Source: an uncultured Candidatus Peribacteria bacterium (GTDB lineage: Bacteria > Patescibacteriota > Gracilibacteria > Peribacterales > Peribacteraceae). Taken from it: a stretch of DNA of 64,000 nucleotides. The first letter of the stretch is position 1; every line of letters begins with the position of its first letter. The DNA is taken from contig CAZWES010000001.1 in NCBI GenBank assembly GCA_964632395.1, forward strand, positions 25,287-89,286, given 5' to 3'. Shown piece after piece: positions 9,454 through 19,600 of this stretch. The notes under the pieces were generated by a model. The model saw only the letters and a program-made list of their open reading frames with translations. It made no database searches and was not told the origin of the DNA. The position numbers and the translations under genes are program-made.

Positions 9454-9705
9454 TTATTGCTCTACAGACAGAAGATTCAATACTTTTCTTCCCTCTTCCC
9501 TATGCTGCAAATAAACAGCCTGATCTCTCATATCCTCAATTTTTCTGAGTAAGAAGAACGAAGTTAGTCGCTGTGTCTGTGCCTCCGGCTGCACAGAACC
9601 CGGTGAAAGGTTCGTCATGGAATCTGGCAATTGAACAGAAAAGAAGGTAGCGCCTCCTATCAAGATGATTGCAAGAATGCCGGCAGTGATGAAAAGGTTT
9701 TTCAT
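9454..9705 (-). CDS. Small membrane protein
   Basis: N-terminal TM helix NLFITAGILAIILIGGATFF. The stop of the upstream gene overlaps its start. Confidence 0.4.
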   Translation of the reverse strand: MKNLFITAGILAIILIGGATFFSVQLPDSMTNLSPGSVQPEAQTQRLTSFFLLRKIEDMRDQAVYLQHREEGRKVLNLLSVEQ

Positions 9706-10676
9706 TGTGAGGCTACGGGTTCGGAAATTTTGGTGAGCAATTCTTCTGTGCTGCTCACGAGCTCCTCGAACTCCTCGTCATCAAAAACATTTTCTTCTGC
9801 CAAAGAAAGCAGTTCCTCAGATTCTGTGAGCAGATCTTCTCCGTTTACTCCTTCCTCTTTAAGCGAAGAGAGGTAGGTGACCAGATTAGAAAGCAGAGCA
9901 CGGATATCTTTGATAACCGTCACACGCTCCGTGGGTACGGCGTATGTAAGGAACTTTCCGGCAAATGAGTCGAACAATGCGAGCCATGCGGTGAGCTGTT
10001 GGCTTCCATCTACGAAATTAAGTCGGGATTGCAAATCCACAAGTTCATGTGTGAGTTTTTCAACCTTTTTTTCTTTCACCAGTATTCCGATCGCATCAGC
10101 GGTATCCGAGAGCAGAAGAGCTACGCTGTTTCTAAAGTCAGAAAGATCGGCACCCTCACCCTCCGGAAATATTTTTTCGTAAACAGATTCAAATTCTGTG
10201 AAAAATTTCGTCCTGTCCTTCTCAAGTGCCACATGCCTTGAGAACCTCATGAGATTGTCAGTCAAAGCTTCAATTTCTGAGGCTGTAAGAGGACTTTCTT
10301 TTGCTATTCGATCTGAGTTTGCTTTTAGAGAGGAGAGGTAAAGACGGGTTCGCACCATCAGCGCCTCATCGGGATCCTGCAAAGATGCTGCATCACTGCT
10401 CAACCGCTCCTGCCAACCCAGGCCAAAATATTTTTCTGCAAGTGCATAAAAGGTATCTGCATCATCTTCAAGTTCAGTGAGTTCTAGGAGCTCCGGCGGA
10501 ACCGGCGCATTTTGCGATTCAAGCGAGGAGATAATTGCTTCTATTGCAGGCACGGCGGAGGATTCTATAAATTCATGCCGCAGATCTTCGGGCGGAATTT
10601 CCTGTAGTTCCTGAGCCGACAGATTTGTGCCAAATATCAGTAGCCCAAAGCCAATGACCAAAATTGTGCGATGCAT
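9702..10676 (-). CDS. Secreted acidic helical protein, unknown function
   Basis: Signal peptide MHRTILVIGFGLLIFGTNLSAQE; 324-aa ORF. Confidence 0.55.
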   Translation of the reverse strand: MHRTILVIGFGLLIFGTNLSAQELQEIPPEDLRHEFIESSAVPAIEAIISSLESQNAPVPPELLELTELEDDADTFYALAEKYFGLGWQERLSSDAASLQDPDEALMVRTRLYLSSLKANSDRIAKESPLTASEIEALTDNLMRFSRHVALEKDRTKFFTEFESVYEKIFPEGEGADLSDFRNSVALLLSDTADAIGILVKEKKVEKLTHELVDLQSRLNFVDGSQQLTAWLALFDSFAGKFLTYAVPTERVTVIKDIRALLSNLVTYLSSLKEEGVNGEDLLTESEELLSLAEENVFDDEEFEELVSSTEELLTKISEPVASQ

Positions 10677-11197
10677 GCCGAAGGAGCATAGCGATCAGGA
10701 TGTAATCTGTGTAGCAGAATATTAAGCCCAATATTACTTTTTGGTTTTATGAGGAGGTGTTGTTATGTTTTTTCCAGTGAATTGGAAGCATATCATCAGG
10801 GCATCTCATGATGGTCTGCCAAAACGCACGTCTAACACGATGAGGATCCGAACCTGTACGGCTCCACTGAAAAGCTTCCACCATAAAGGCGCCAACATCA
10901 CGGCTGCTTCTAGCCACATCCTTCAGGATTGCACTGGTGACTTCTCCAGGTTTCATGCCCAACAATGTATGCTTTTCCCGACACTTGGCAATCAAGTTCT
11001 CGGATATTGTTCTTTTGGCTATTTAAGGCCAATATTGCGGTTTATCAATAGATTTGACCGAAATTGTGGCTAGGCGTATCATGGAGGTACACCAGAGTAT
11101 GTCCCATGGTTCTACTGCGTAAGCGGTATGGTAATACTTCCGGACGGAACCAAATGGTCCATGAGCTCTGACCCACGGACGTTAGTGGGGGGGAGTT

Positions 11198-11566
11198 TCA
11201 CTTGAGCCGGAAACATGAAATAAAGAAAAGTTTTCTATCTTTTTTGTGTGTTTCTTCGCGCAAGTGTACTACTACTGTTTTCCCGCGAGCATCTTTTCCA
11301 TAAATCTCATAACAAGGCTCACCTCCAACGGTCTTTATGCGGAAATATGTATTATTTTTTAGAATGTCCAGTGCTACATCAAAGCATTGCAATCTTCTTT
11401 TTGCATCGTGGCGTTCCGTAATTGCCGCTGGAAGCCTGGATAGAAAAACGGAGCGTTTCAAGGTTTTGCAGTAAATCTTTCTCTTCTTCTTGATGATTGA
11501 ATTCAGGTTTGATTTGAGCTGCTGAAGACTGCCCGTAGACGAAATTCGCTTTTTGGATCGGAACAT
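11198..11566 (-). CDS. Hypothetical basic protein
   Basis: ORF. The start was moved to the internal M (MFRSKK) because the longest ORF would overlap the alaS start. Confidence 0.4.
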   Translation of the reverse strand: MFRSKKRISSTGSLQQLKSNLNSIIKKKRKIYCKTLKRSVFLSRLPAAITERHDAKRRLQCFDVALDILKNNTYFRIKTVGGEPCYEIYGKDARGKTVVVHLREETHKKDRKLFFISCFRLK

Positions 11567-11628
11567 ACGGGCATGATAACAAGTATTTAATGCGCCATCG
11601 CCAAATTTCGTGATAATCTTTCCTTGTA

Positions 11629-13485
11629 ATGCCCCCACGCTCTACGTCAGAAATCCGGCAGGCCTACCTCGATTTCTTCCGCGAGAAGCATGATCATGCA
11701 GTAATTCAGGGTGCGTCATTAATCCCGGAGAACGATCCGACAGTGCTTTTCACCACTGCGGGGATGCACCCCCTGGTGCCGTATTTGCTTGGTGAACCGC
11801 ACCCCTCCGGCAAACGCCTGGTTGATGTTCAGCGCTGCGTGCGAACGCAGGATATTGATGAAGTAGGGGATTCCTCACACCTCACATTTTTCGAAATGCT
11901 TGGCAACTGGAGTCTGGGCGACCCGTCCGCACCGGACGGGATCGGCCGGGCGGGTTACTTCAAAGAAGGTGCCATCAAAATGAGTTATGAATTTTTGACT
12001 GAGGTTTTGGAACTTCCTCACGAAAAATTGGCTGTCTCATGTTTTGAGGGGGATCAGGATGCACCGAAGGATGAGGAATCTGCAAAGATCTGGAAGTCAC
12101 TGGGTTTTTCTTCCGACCGAATTGTATTCCTGCCAAAATCTGAGAACTGGTGGGGGCCAGCGGGGAAGACGGGTCCGTGCGGGCCGGATACGGAGATGTT
12201 TTATTGGATAGGGGGGGGTAATGCTCCCGCAAAGTTTGATCCTGAGGATGACCGGTGGTTTGAGATCTGGAATGACGTTTTTATGCAGTACAACAAGAAA
12301 GATGACGGATCGTTCGAACCCTTGAGTCAGAAAAATGTTGATACGGGGATGGGGTTAGAGAGGACTGCGGCTGTAATGCAGGGGGTGGATAATGTTTATG
12401 AGGTTGATGTGATGAGGCCTGTTTATGATGAGGTTTTAGAAGTAGCAGAAGGGACAGAAGGGACAGAAGGGAAAGAGGTGTTGAAACGTCATTCCCGCAT
12501 CATTACAGATCACCTGCGAGCCGCTGTGTTCATCATGGCAGATGGAATAAGTCCCTCAAATGTTGACCAGGGATATGTCTTGAGGAAATTGATTCGCCGT
12601 GCGATCCGCTCGGGAAAACAAATCGGAATCGAAGAAGAGTTTTGTGCAGGAATCGCACAGGAAGTTATCAAGCAATACTCTGATGCCTACTCCAGTCTTC
12701 GTGAAAATGAGGGTCGCATCACCGAGGAGCTTAAGAAGGAAGAGGCGCAGTTTGGAAAAACTCTGCGCGAAGGTCTCAAACATTTTGAAAAGTCTGTTGA
12801 AAAATTGAAGGGATCAGAAATAGACGGAGTCACAGCTTTTCATTTGTACGACACATACGGTTTTCCACTGGAACTCACGAAGGAAATGGCTTCTGAAAAG
12901 GGTTTGAGTGTTGATGAAGATGGGTTTAAAAAAGCATTCGAAGAACATCAGGAGAAATCACGCGCAGGAGCATCACAACGCTTTTCCGGCGGCCTCGCAG
13001 ATCAAAGCTCGGAGACTACAAAGTTGCACACTGCTACCCATCTTTTACTTGCAGCGCTTCGGAAGGTTCTCGGGGATCACGTGTTTCAGAAAGGTAGCAA
13101 CATCACAGCAGAACGTCTCCGGTTTGATTTCAGTCACGGCGAGAAGGTCACGAAGGAGCAACTTCTTGAGGTTGAAAAGCTCGTTAGTGAAGTGGTCAAA
13201 TCCGATCTCCCGATCACATATCAAGTGATGAGTGTTGATGAGGCAAAAGCCTGCGGCGCTGTTGGTGTTTTTGATGAGAGATACGGTGACGAGGTCAAAG
13301 TTTACCAAGTTGGTGATGGGAGCTTTAGCAAAGAGATCTGCGGCGGACCGCATGTTGCGCGAACGGGGATGATTGGGGAATTTAAGATCAAAAAAGAGGA
13401 GAGCTCATCCGCAGGGGTTCGGAGAATAAAGGCGGTTGTTTTGGGTGGGGCTGAAAAGATTGAAGTTGCGGTTGAGTCGAAGTAA
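11629..13485 (+). CDS. alaS: Alanine--tRNA ligase, short form without the C-Ala domain
   Basis: IRQAYLDFFREKHDH...LFTTAGMHPLVPYLLG...RCVRTQDIDEVGD..HLTFFEMLGNWS is class II AlaRS. Editing-domain motifs HTATHLL and CGGPHV are present. The ORF ends right after the editing domain (618 aa). Confidence 0.9.
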   Translation: MPPRSTSEIRQAYLDFFREKHDHAVIQGASLIPENDPTVLFTTAGMHPLVPYLLGEPHPSGKRLVDVQRCVRTQDIDEVGDSSHLTFFEMLGNWSLGDPSAPDGIGRAGYFKEGAIKMSYEFLTEVLELPHEKLAVSCFEGDQDAPKDEESAKIWKSLGFSSDRIVFLPKSENWWGPAGKTGPCGPDTEMFYWIGGGNAPAKFDPEDDRWFEIWNDVFMQYNKKDDGSFEPLSQKNVDTGMGLERTAAVMQGVDNVYEVDVMRPVYDEVLEVAEGTEGTEGKEVLKRHSRIITDHLRAAVFIMADGISPSNVDQGYVLRKLIRRAIRSGKQIGIEEEFCAGIAQEVIKQYSDAYSSLRENEGRITEELKKEEAQFGKTLREGLKHFEKSVEKLKGSEIDGVTAFHLYDTYGFPLELTKEMASEKGLSVDEDGFKKAFEEHQEKSRAGASQRFSGGLADQSSETTKLHTATHLLLAALRKVLGDHVFQKGSNITAERLRFDFSHGEKVTKEQLLEVEKLVSEVVKSDLPITYQVMSVDEAKACGAVGVFDERYGDEVKVYQVGDGSFSKEICGGPHVARTGMIGEFKIKKEESSSAGVRRIKAVVLGGAEKIEVAVESK

Positions 13486-13779
13486 TTAAGCTCCAACCCC
13501 TGCAGCTTCCAGTCGATGCTCGATTTTTGTAATCCTGACTTCGTGATTGTCAGTTTTGTCTTGGAATTGGCTTGATTGGTCATCCATCGAAGACACAAAA
13601 TCTCGTTGTAGTTTACCGTTGTAAAACTTCATCTCATCTACTGTTTCTCGATGTTTCTTATCAATGTAGCTTGTAAGCTTTCTCTCCAATGCGTCAAACC
13701 TATCAAGTATTTCCCCTCTTTCCTTCATAAGAATCTCAATATCCTGCTTAGTTGCTGGTGCTGATTTGTCATCTGCCAT
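13486..13779 (-). CDS. Hypothetical coiled-coil protein
   Basis: ORF convergent with alaS. Start taken at MADDKSAP. Confidence 0.4.
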   Translation of the reverse strand: MADDKSAPATKQDIEILMKERGEILDRFDALERKLTSYIDKKHRETVDEMKFYNGKLQRDFVSSMDDQSSQFQDKTDNHEVRITKIEHRLEAAGVGA

Positions 13780-13838
13780 GGGAGGGAAACAGTACTCTTT
13801 GCGAGCATCAGAAGTCAAGTTTTGCTACTCTTAGCGTT

Positions 13839-15035
13839 GTGAAGCTCATCCTGGCAATCACCGCATTAACATTCCTTGCAACCCCGCTCCCTGCGCAGGC
13901 CGATTCTGGGCGCCTCTACGAAAAATGGGAATTCCGAACGGAAGAGGACATTAATGCGTGGAACTATGCGGGGCTTGATGAGGGAGGCCTTTCTGCTGAT
14001 GGGTTGAAGTTTGATGTTGATGAGAAAGCTGTGCTTTACAGGTCTCTGCCTGAAGGATTCCACAGTGAAGTCGATGCAATGCGGGTTCGCTATGACGCGC
14101 AGGATCTGGAGGAAGTCTCTCTGCTCTTTATCACATTAAATGACGATGGAAGTATAGGAAGGCACTACAGGATTGGCCATATAGTTGAGGATGAAGGAAC
14201 GGTCTCCAAATACGTTCCGCTTGCTCTGCATAGGTGGAATATACGCGGAATGGAAATGCTGGCTGTTAGTTTTAAGGGAGAGTCAAAAGATGTGTCACTC
14301 GATAGCGTAAGATTCCTGCATTACACATTTCCCGAGAAGATGATGGGCTTGTGGAGGAGCTTCTGGACTATGGAGACATTCGAGCCGTTTACAGTAAATA
14401 TCATGCATGGCCCCACAGTTGTAACGGATATTGGACCGTACAGAGAGGAGAACGCGCACTGGCAGATTCTTGCACGCTCGCTTAATGCGTATCTTCTGGT
14501 TGGGCTTTCCATATTTGGAGTGTGTTTGCTTTTCTGGGGCGCTCACATGAGGACTCATCGCGGATGGTCATGGCAAACCACAAGGAAGCGCATGATATTT
14601 TTATTTACCGGAGTTATCGCATCAGTCTGGGTTCTATACGACATGCGGATGGGAGCTGAATTTATCAGAAACGTTGCCCGCGACCACATACAGTACATTT
14701 CCGCTGAAAAACCAGATAGAACGTTTCGGGATCTTGGGAACTTCTATGATTTTGTGAACTTTGCAAAACCTTTACTTTCCGATTACGCTCAATACGAGTT
14801 ATTTTTGGATACCAAGTGGCCTTACGAGAGCATCTTGCGCTACGAAACTTACCCCTCACGTCCTAACCAGAAAGAAGAAATAGTGTCTGATGTTTGGGTG
14901 ATCTACGACCGTTCGGATGTAACAATTGGTGAAGATGGCAGTCTAATTCTAAATCAAGAACCTTTCACGGCGCCGGGCGAGCTTATCGGACGCTTTGATG
15001 AGAAATCATTTATTTATCGTGCTATCCATCTTTAA
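13839..15035 (+). CDS. Membrane protein with N-terminal secreted domain
   Basis: A GTG at 13839 gives the signal peptide KLILAITALTFLATPLPAQA. Several TM helices lie in the middle. Precedes the glycosyltransferase-like gene by 6 nt. Confidence 0.5.
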   Translation: MKLILAITALTFLATPLPAQADSGRLYEKWEFRTEEDINAWNYAGLDEGGLSADGLKFDVDEKAVLYRSLPEGFHSEVDAMRVRYDAQDLEEVSLLFITLNDDGSIGRHYRIGHIVEDEGTVSKYVPLALHRWNIRGMEMLAVSFKGESKDVSLDSVRFLHYTFPEKMMGLWRSFWTMETFEPFTVNIMHGPTVVTDIGPYREENAHWQILARSLNAYLLVGLSIFGVCLLFWGAHMRTHRGWSWQTTRKRMIFLFTGVIASVWVLYDMRMGAEFIRNVARDHIQYISAEKPDRTFRDLGNFYDFVNFAKPLLSDYAQYELFLDTKWPYESILRYETYPSRPNQKEEIVSDVWVIYDRSDVTIGEDGSLILNQEPFTAPGELIGRFDEKSFIYRAIHL

Positions 15036-15041
15036 GATCAT

Positions 15042-16481
15042 ATGGCTCTAATACCTTCCATCATCGCGCTCGCGTTTCCCTGCATACAGGGTGTGCTGCT
15101 TCTGAAAATTCTGGAAGGAAAACATCCAGTTCTCTTCAGGCTTGAAAGAATTTGTTGGGGATTTCTCGCAGGAGGAGCTGTATCCTCATATGTTCTATTT
15201 TGGATGTTTATGCTTGGAGTACCGATATCTTTCGTCGGATGTTTTGCGGTTCAGGTGATTCTTCTTCTCATCCTCATCCTGATTTATGGAATACAGCGCA
15301 GGAAAGGTTTGATTGCATCATCACCGCGGACCACTCCTGAAACGTTTAGAGGCTTGATAAATTCTCTCCCACGTTGGGGCAAATTTGTTATTGCATGGAT
15401 TCTTGTCTGGACTGTCGTGAAGGTTGCACTTGGAGGATATGATCTTCTTGCCACTCCAACTTATTACAACGATACGTACGCAAACTGGAACATGCGTACG
15501 AAAGTGTTTTACGAGAACCAGAGCTTAATGCTTGATCGTGAAGTAACAGATGAGTTTTATTTTGGAGGGCGCGTTCCGAGTTATCCGCTCACTGTCTACT
15601 TCACAAAATTATGGATGGTTCTTTCCGCCGGAGAGTGGTCAGAAATTTCTGTTAACAGCGTTCACTTTGTATGGTTTCTTGTGCTTATTGGAGCGCTTTT
15701 CTATGCAATCCGTCGGGAACAAAATCTTTTGATGGGAATTGTGGGAGTATTCATTCTTGTCAGCTTCCCACTTGTTTTAATCCATGGAATTAATGCATAT
15801 GCTGATGTTTTAATGGCAGCACATCTTTTATGTGTAATGTATGCCTTTTATCGTTGGGTGATTGAGAAGGGCGCGGGGCGCAGATCATGGCTTTTACTTT
15901 TTGGAGCAATGACCGCATCGATTATTTTTGTGAAGAACGAGGCATTGCTCATTTTTCTGCCTCCGCTTGCATTCATATTCTTTGCACTTTGCGAACGTTG
16001 GCGGATGCGAAAAGAATTCGCCACGTGGGCTGGTATGGTTGCTGCAGTTGCTGTTCCGTGGATGCTCTTTAAGCTGACGCATAGCCTGACGTTTGGCAAC
16101 GCATCAAAAGTGAGCGGGTTTGAACTTTCGCCGCACGACGGGGTTGCACATGCCATCGGGAATGATCTTATGTACACGGGGAGTTACCTCCTTTTCTTTC
16201 CGTTGTTTGTGCTTCTGCTTGCGATGACCTTCAGATTCTGGAGGCGGAATGCACTTGGTCTCCTGATCTTATATCTATTTATAGTCTTCATCGGTGAGTT
16301 TTGCATCTACTGGCTTACACCGCTTGCAACGGAAGCGATCCGGCATACGGGGTTTGGTCGGGGAATGGTGCACCTGCTGCCGGCTGCTGTATTTGTTTCA
16401 GTGATGCTTATGTGCAGGCTTTTTGTCGATGTGAAGCCGGCAGCAGGAAGCTCCAAGCTCCAAGCTCCAAAGAAAATTTAA
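15042..16481 (+). CDS. Polytopic membrane protein, GT-C/PMT-ArnT-like glycosyltransferase (tentative)
   Basis: 479 aa with more than 10 predicted TM helices and loop architecture reminiscent of GT39/GT83 enzymes. No motif was verified. Confidence 0.45.
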   Translation: MALIPSIIALAFPCIQGVLLLKILEGKHPVLFRLERICWGFLAGGAVSSYVLFWMFMLGVPISFVGCFAVQVILLLILILIYGIQRRKGLIASSPRTTPETFRGLINSLPRWGKFVIAWILVWTVVKVALGGYDLLATPTYYNDTYANWNMRTKVFYENQSLMLDREVTDEFYFGGRVPSYPLTVYFTKLWMVLSAGEWSEISVNSVHFVWFLVLIGALFYAIRREQNLLMGIVGVFILVSFPLVLIHGINAYADVLMAAHLLCVMYAFYRWVIEKGAGRRSWLLLFGAMTASIIFVKNEALLIFLPPLAFIFFALCERWRMRKEFATWAGMVAAVAVPWMLFKLTHSLTFGNASKVSGFELSPHDGVAHAIGNDLMYTGSYLLFFPLFVLLLAMTFRFWRRNALGLLILYLFIVFIGEFCIYWLTPLATEAIRHTGFGRGMVHLLPAAVFVSVMLMCRLFVDVKPAAGSSKLQAPKKI

Positions 16482-16561
16482 ATCCCAAATCCCAAGTGGA
16501 TCGTCTTTGATATTTGGAGTTTGGGATTCTTTTGGAATTTGGAGCTTGGAGCTTGGAGCTT
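16448..16561. repeat. Long imperfect palindrome H1 (arms built from CCAAGCT/CCAAAT-like units)
   Basis: Left arm AAGCTCCAAGCTCCAAGCTCCAAAGAAAATTTAAATCCCAAATCCCAA, right arm TTGGAGTTTGGGATTCTTTTGGAATTTGGAGCTTGGAGCTTGGAGCTT. The outer 23 nt are perfectly complementary. The left arm encodes the last codons of the upstream CDS. Confidence 0.85.
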
Positions 16562-16674
16562 TTGCCCCAACATACTCCCACACTCCGGCAACCCTTATTA
16601 CTTTTACAAACAAGCCGGATGCAATATCTTGTGCCAGTTCAACCTTTTTAGGTACAAGATATTGTGCATAACTC

Positions 16675-19600
16675 ATGAATCCGCAATCTGCCCCGATCGG
16701 CCAGAAAACAGAAAAAGCTCAGGATATTCCGATGGTTGAGGGAGTTTTAGGTGAGGGAGCTTCTCGAGTTGAATCCGCTCGTCTCTCGACTCCTCCGCAT
16801 CAGGCGCTACGCGCCCATGCGTCGTCGCTCGAGAAGAGCGGTGATCTCCCCGCAAGAAAAAAAGGTCTCAGAATCGAGCGCAGGTTTACAACTCCGGGAA
16901 CTGATCCGCTTAAATCTGTGCAGTACGAAAAGCGCACAAGCCGCATTACAAACACAGATGGGTCCGTTGTATTCGAGATGGAAGGTGCGGAGATTCCTTC
17001 AGGATGGTCACAGGTCGCAACGGATATTGTGGTTAGCAAATACTTCCGCAAGGCTGGTGTTCCTCAAACAGACGATCAGGGCAACATTAAAAAAGATCAG
17101 GAGGGGAAAGTTGTAACAGGACCGGAGAAATCAGTGAAACAAGTAATAAGGCGGCTTGTTTCCTGCTGGAGGCACTGGGGCGAGAAACATCATTATTTTG
17201 ATACCGTGCAGGATGCTCAGGCGTTTGAGGATGAGCTCGCACACATGCTCATACATCAGAAAGCAGCGCCGAACAGTCCTCAGTGGTTCAATACGGGTCT
17301 ATATCACTCATACGGAATCACAGGACCGGCGCAGGGGCATTACTATTCTGATCCTCTCACGGGAGTAGTCAGAGAAAGTACAGATGCATATACGCATCCT
17401 CAGCCTCACGCATGCTTCATCCAGTCCGTAAAAGATGACATGGTAAACCCCGGAGGAATAATGGATTTGTGGATGCGCGAGGCGAGGCTATTCAAATACG
17501 GATCCGGAACGGGAACCAACTTCAGCGAAGTGCGAGGATCTGGAGAGGCGCTTTCCGGCGGCGGGAAAAGCTCCGGACTCATGAGTTTCCTAAAAATCGG
17601 TGACCGTGCCGCGGGTGCAATCAAATCCGGAGGAACCACACGCCGTGCTGCAAAGATGGTGTGTCTGGATCTCGATCATCCGGATATCGAGGTATTCATC
17701 AACTGGAAGGTAAAGGAGGAAAAGAAAGTCGCAGCCATGCGCGATGCCGGCTACACAACCGACTTTAACGGAGAAGCCTACCAAACCGTTTCCGGACAAA
17801 ACTCAAACAATTCTGTCCGTATCCCACACACATTCTTCCAGGCACTTGAGAGTGACGCTGATTGGCATCTTTTGCATAGAACAGAGAGACGAAAGGCGGC
17901 ACAGGAAAATCGTCCCCCGAATCCATGCAAAACCATCAAAGCAAAGGATATCTGGAGCCAGATTGCAGATGCCGCATGGGCGTGTGCGGATCCCGGCATT
18001 CAGTTCGAAACCACAATAAACGACTGGCACACATGTAAGGCGGCGGGTCCAATTCGTGCAAGCAATCCGTGTAGTGAGTATATGTTTTTGGATGACACCG
18101 CCTGCAATCTGGCATCGCTCAATCTCCTTAAATTCTTCGATGGAGAAAAAGGCGCATTCCACATAGAAGATTTTCGCCACGCAGTCAGACTGTGGACGAT
18201 TGTTCTTGAAATCTCTGTGTTGATGGCGCAGTTTCCCAGTCGTGAAATTGCAAAACTCTCATATGAGTTTCGGACATTAGGTCTTGGATATGCAAACCTC
18301 GGCGCCATGCTCATGCGAATGGGGATTCCGTACGATTCACCAAAAGCGCGAGCAATATGCGGAGCACTCAATGCAATTTTGACCGGAGATGCGTATGCCG
18401 AATCTGCACGCATTGCGGAAATTATGGGAGCGTTCCAGAAGTATCCGGAAAACCGCGATCACATGCTTCGCGTAATTCGCAATCACCGGCGCGCTGCATA
18501 TAATTCACCTCCGCATGAGTTTGAAGATTTGCACGTCATTCCAGTTGGGATTGATCAGGATCTGTGTCCTTCAGATTTACTCAGGGCGGTGCACAATTCG
18601 TGGGATGAAGCGCTAAAACTCGGAGTGGAGCATGGATTCCGAAACGCACAGGTCACGGCCGTTGCGCCAACCGGAACAATTGGGCTTTTGATGGATTGCG
18701 ATACGACCGGAGTGGAACCGGACTTCGCTTTGGTCAAGTTCAAAAAGCTCGCAGGAGGCGGATACATGAAGATCGCAAACCAGTCCGTGCGCCCAGCTTT
18801 GATATCACTTGGATACACAGAAGAGCAGGTTGAAGAAATTATGCAGTACGTCCTCGGGAAACTTTCGTTTGAAGATTCTCCGCACGTAAATCGTGAGTCA
18901 TTGAAAGAAGCAGGATTCACAAGTGATGAAATTGCAAAGGTGGAAGCGGAGTTACCCAAAGTATTTGAACTTTCTTCCGCTTTCAATAAATGGGTGCTCG
19001 GGGAAGAAACCTTAAAACGCCTCGGTTTCTCATCTGAACAGTATGATGACTCTGCATTCAATATGCTCGCTTCGCTTGGATTCACACAAAAGCAGATTGA
19101 TGAAGCGAATGAAACGATCTGCGGCAAGATGACGATCGAGGGTGCGCCGTACGTTCGTGATGAGCACTTGCCAGTCTTTGATTGCGCGAACAGATGCGGA
19201 AAGAGCGGCGAACGCTTCATAGAGCCAGAGGGCCACATTCGCATGATGGCAGCTGCACAGCCCTTCATTACTGGTGCAATCAGCAAAACCATCAACCTTC
19301 CGCACGAAGCAACATCCGAAGACATCAAGAGTTGTTATCTTTTGAGCTGGAAGCTGGGTCTCAAAGCAAATGCCTTGTATCGTGATGGATGTAAGTTGAG
19401 CCAACCGCTTTCCACAAAGAGTGATACGGAAGAAGGGACGGGGACAGGGACGGAGGTTCAAAAGGTTGTGGAAAAGGTCATAGTCAAAGAGGTGCCGCGT
19501 CGTAGGAAATTGCCGGATGAGAGAACGAGTATTACGCATAAGTTTTCCGTTGTCGGGCACGAGGGGTACGTCACTGCTGGGTTGTATGAAGACGGGAAGC

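Noticed and set aside
10747-11073. Overlapping 82-aa (minus) and 102-aa (plus) ORFs.
   Set aside because: Neither has recognisable motifs or a convincing start, so this may be a gene remnant. No call was made.
10996-11197. Possible small RNA (SRP-like GUCCGGAAG on the minus strand) in a 200-bp gene-free stretch.
   Set aside because: Only a 9-nt resemblance. The conserved AGCA/GGAA domain IV context and a closing helix are absent. It cannot be supported without a covariance-model search.
16562-16674. Cobalamin riboswitch or NrdR box upstream of nrdJ.
   Set aside because: No B12-box-like sequence or paired NrdR-box palindromes were recognisable by eye in the leader. Only the H1 palindrome and the X-Y repeat are present.
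18555-19328. 257-aa minus-strand ORF, together with other long antisense ORFs inside nrdJ.
   Set aside because: It lies entirely within the well-supported nrdJ CDS and has a Ser/Cys-rich antisense composition.
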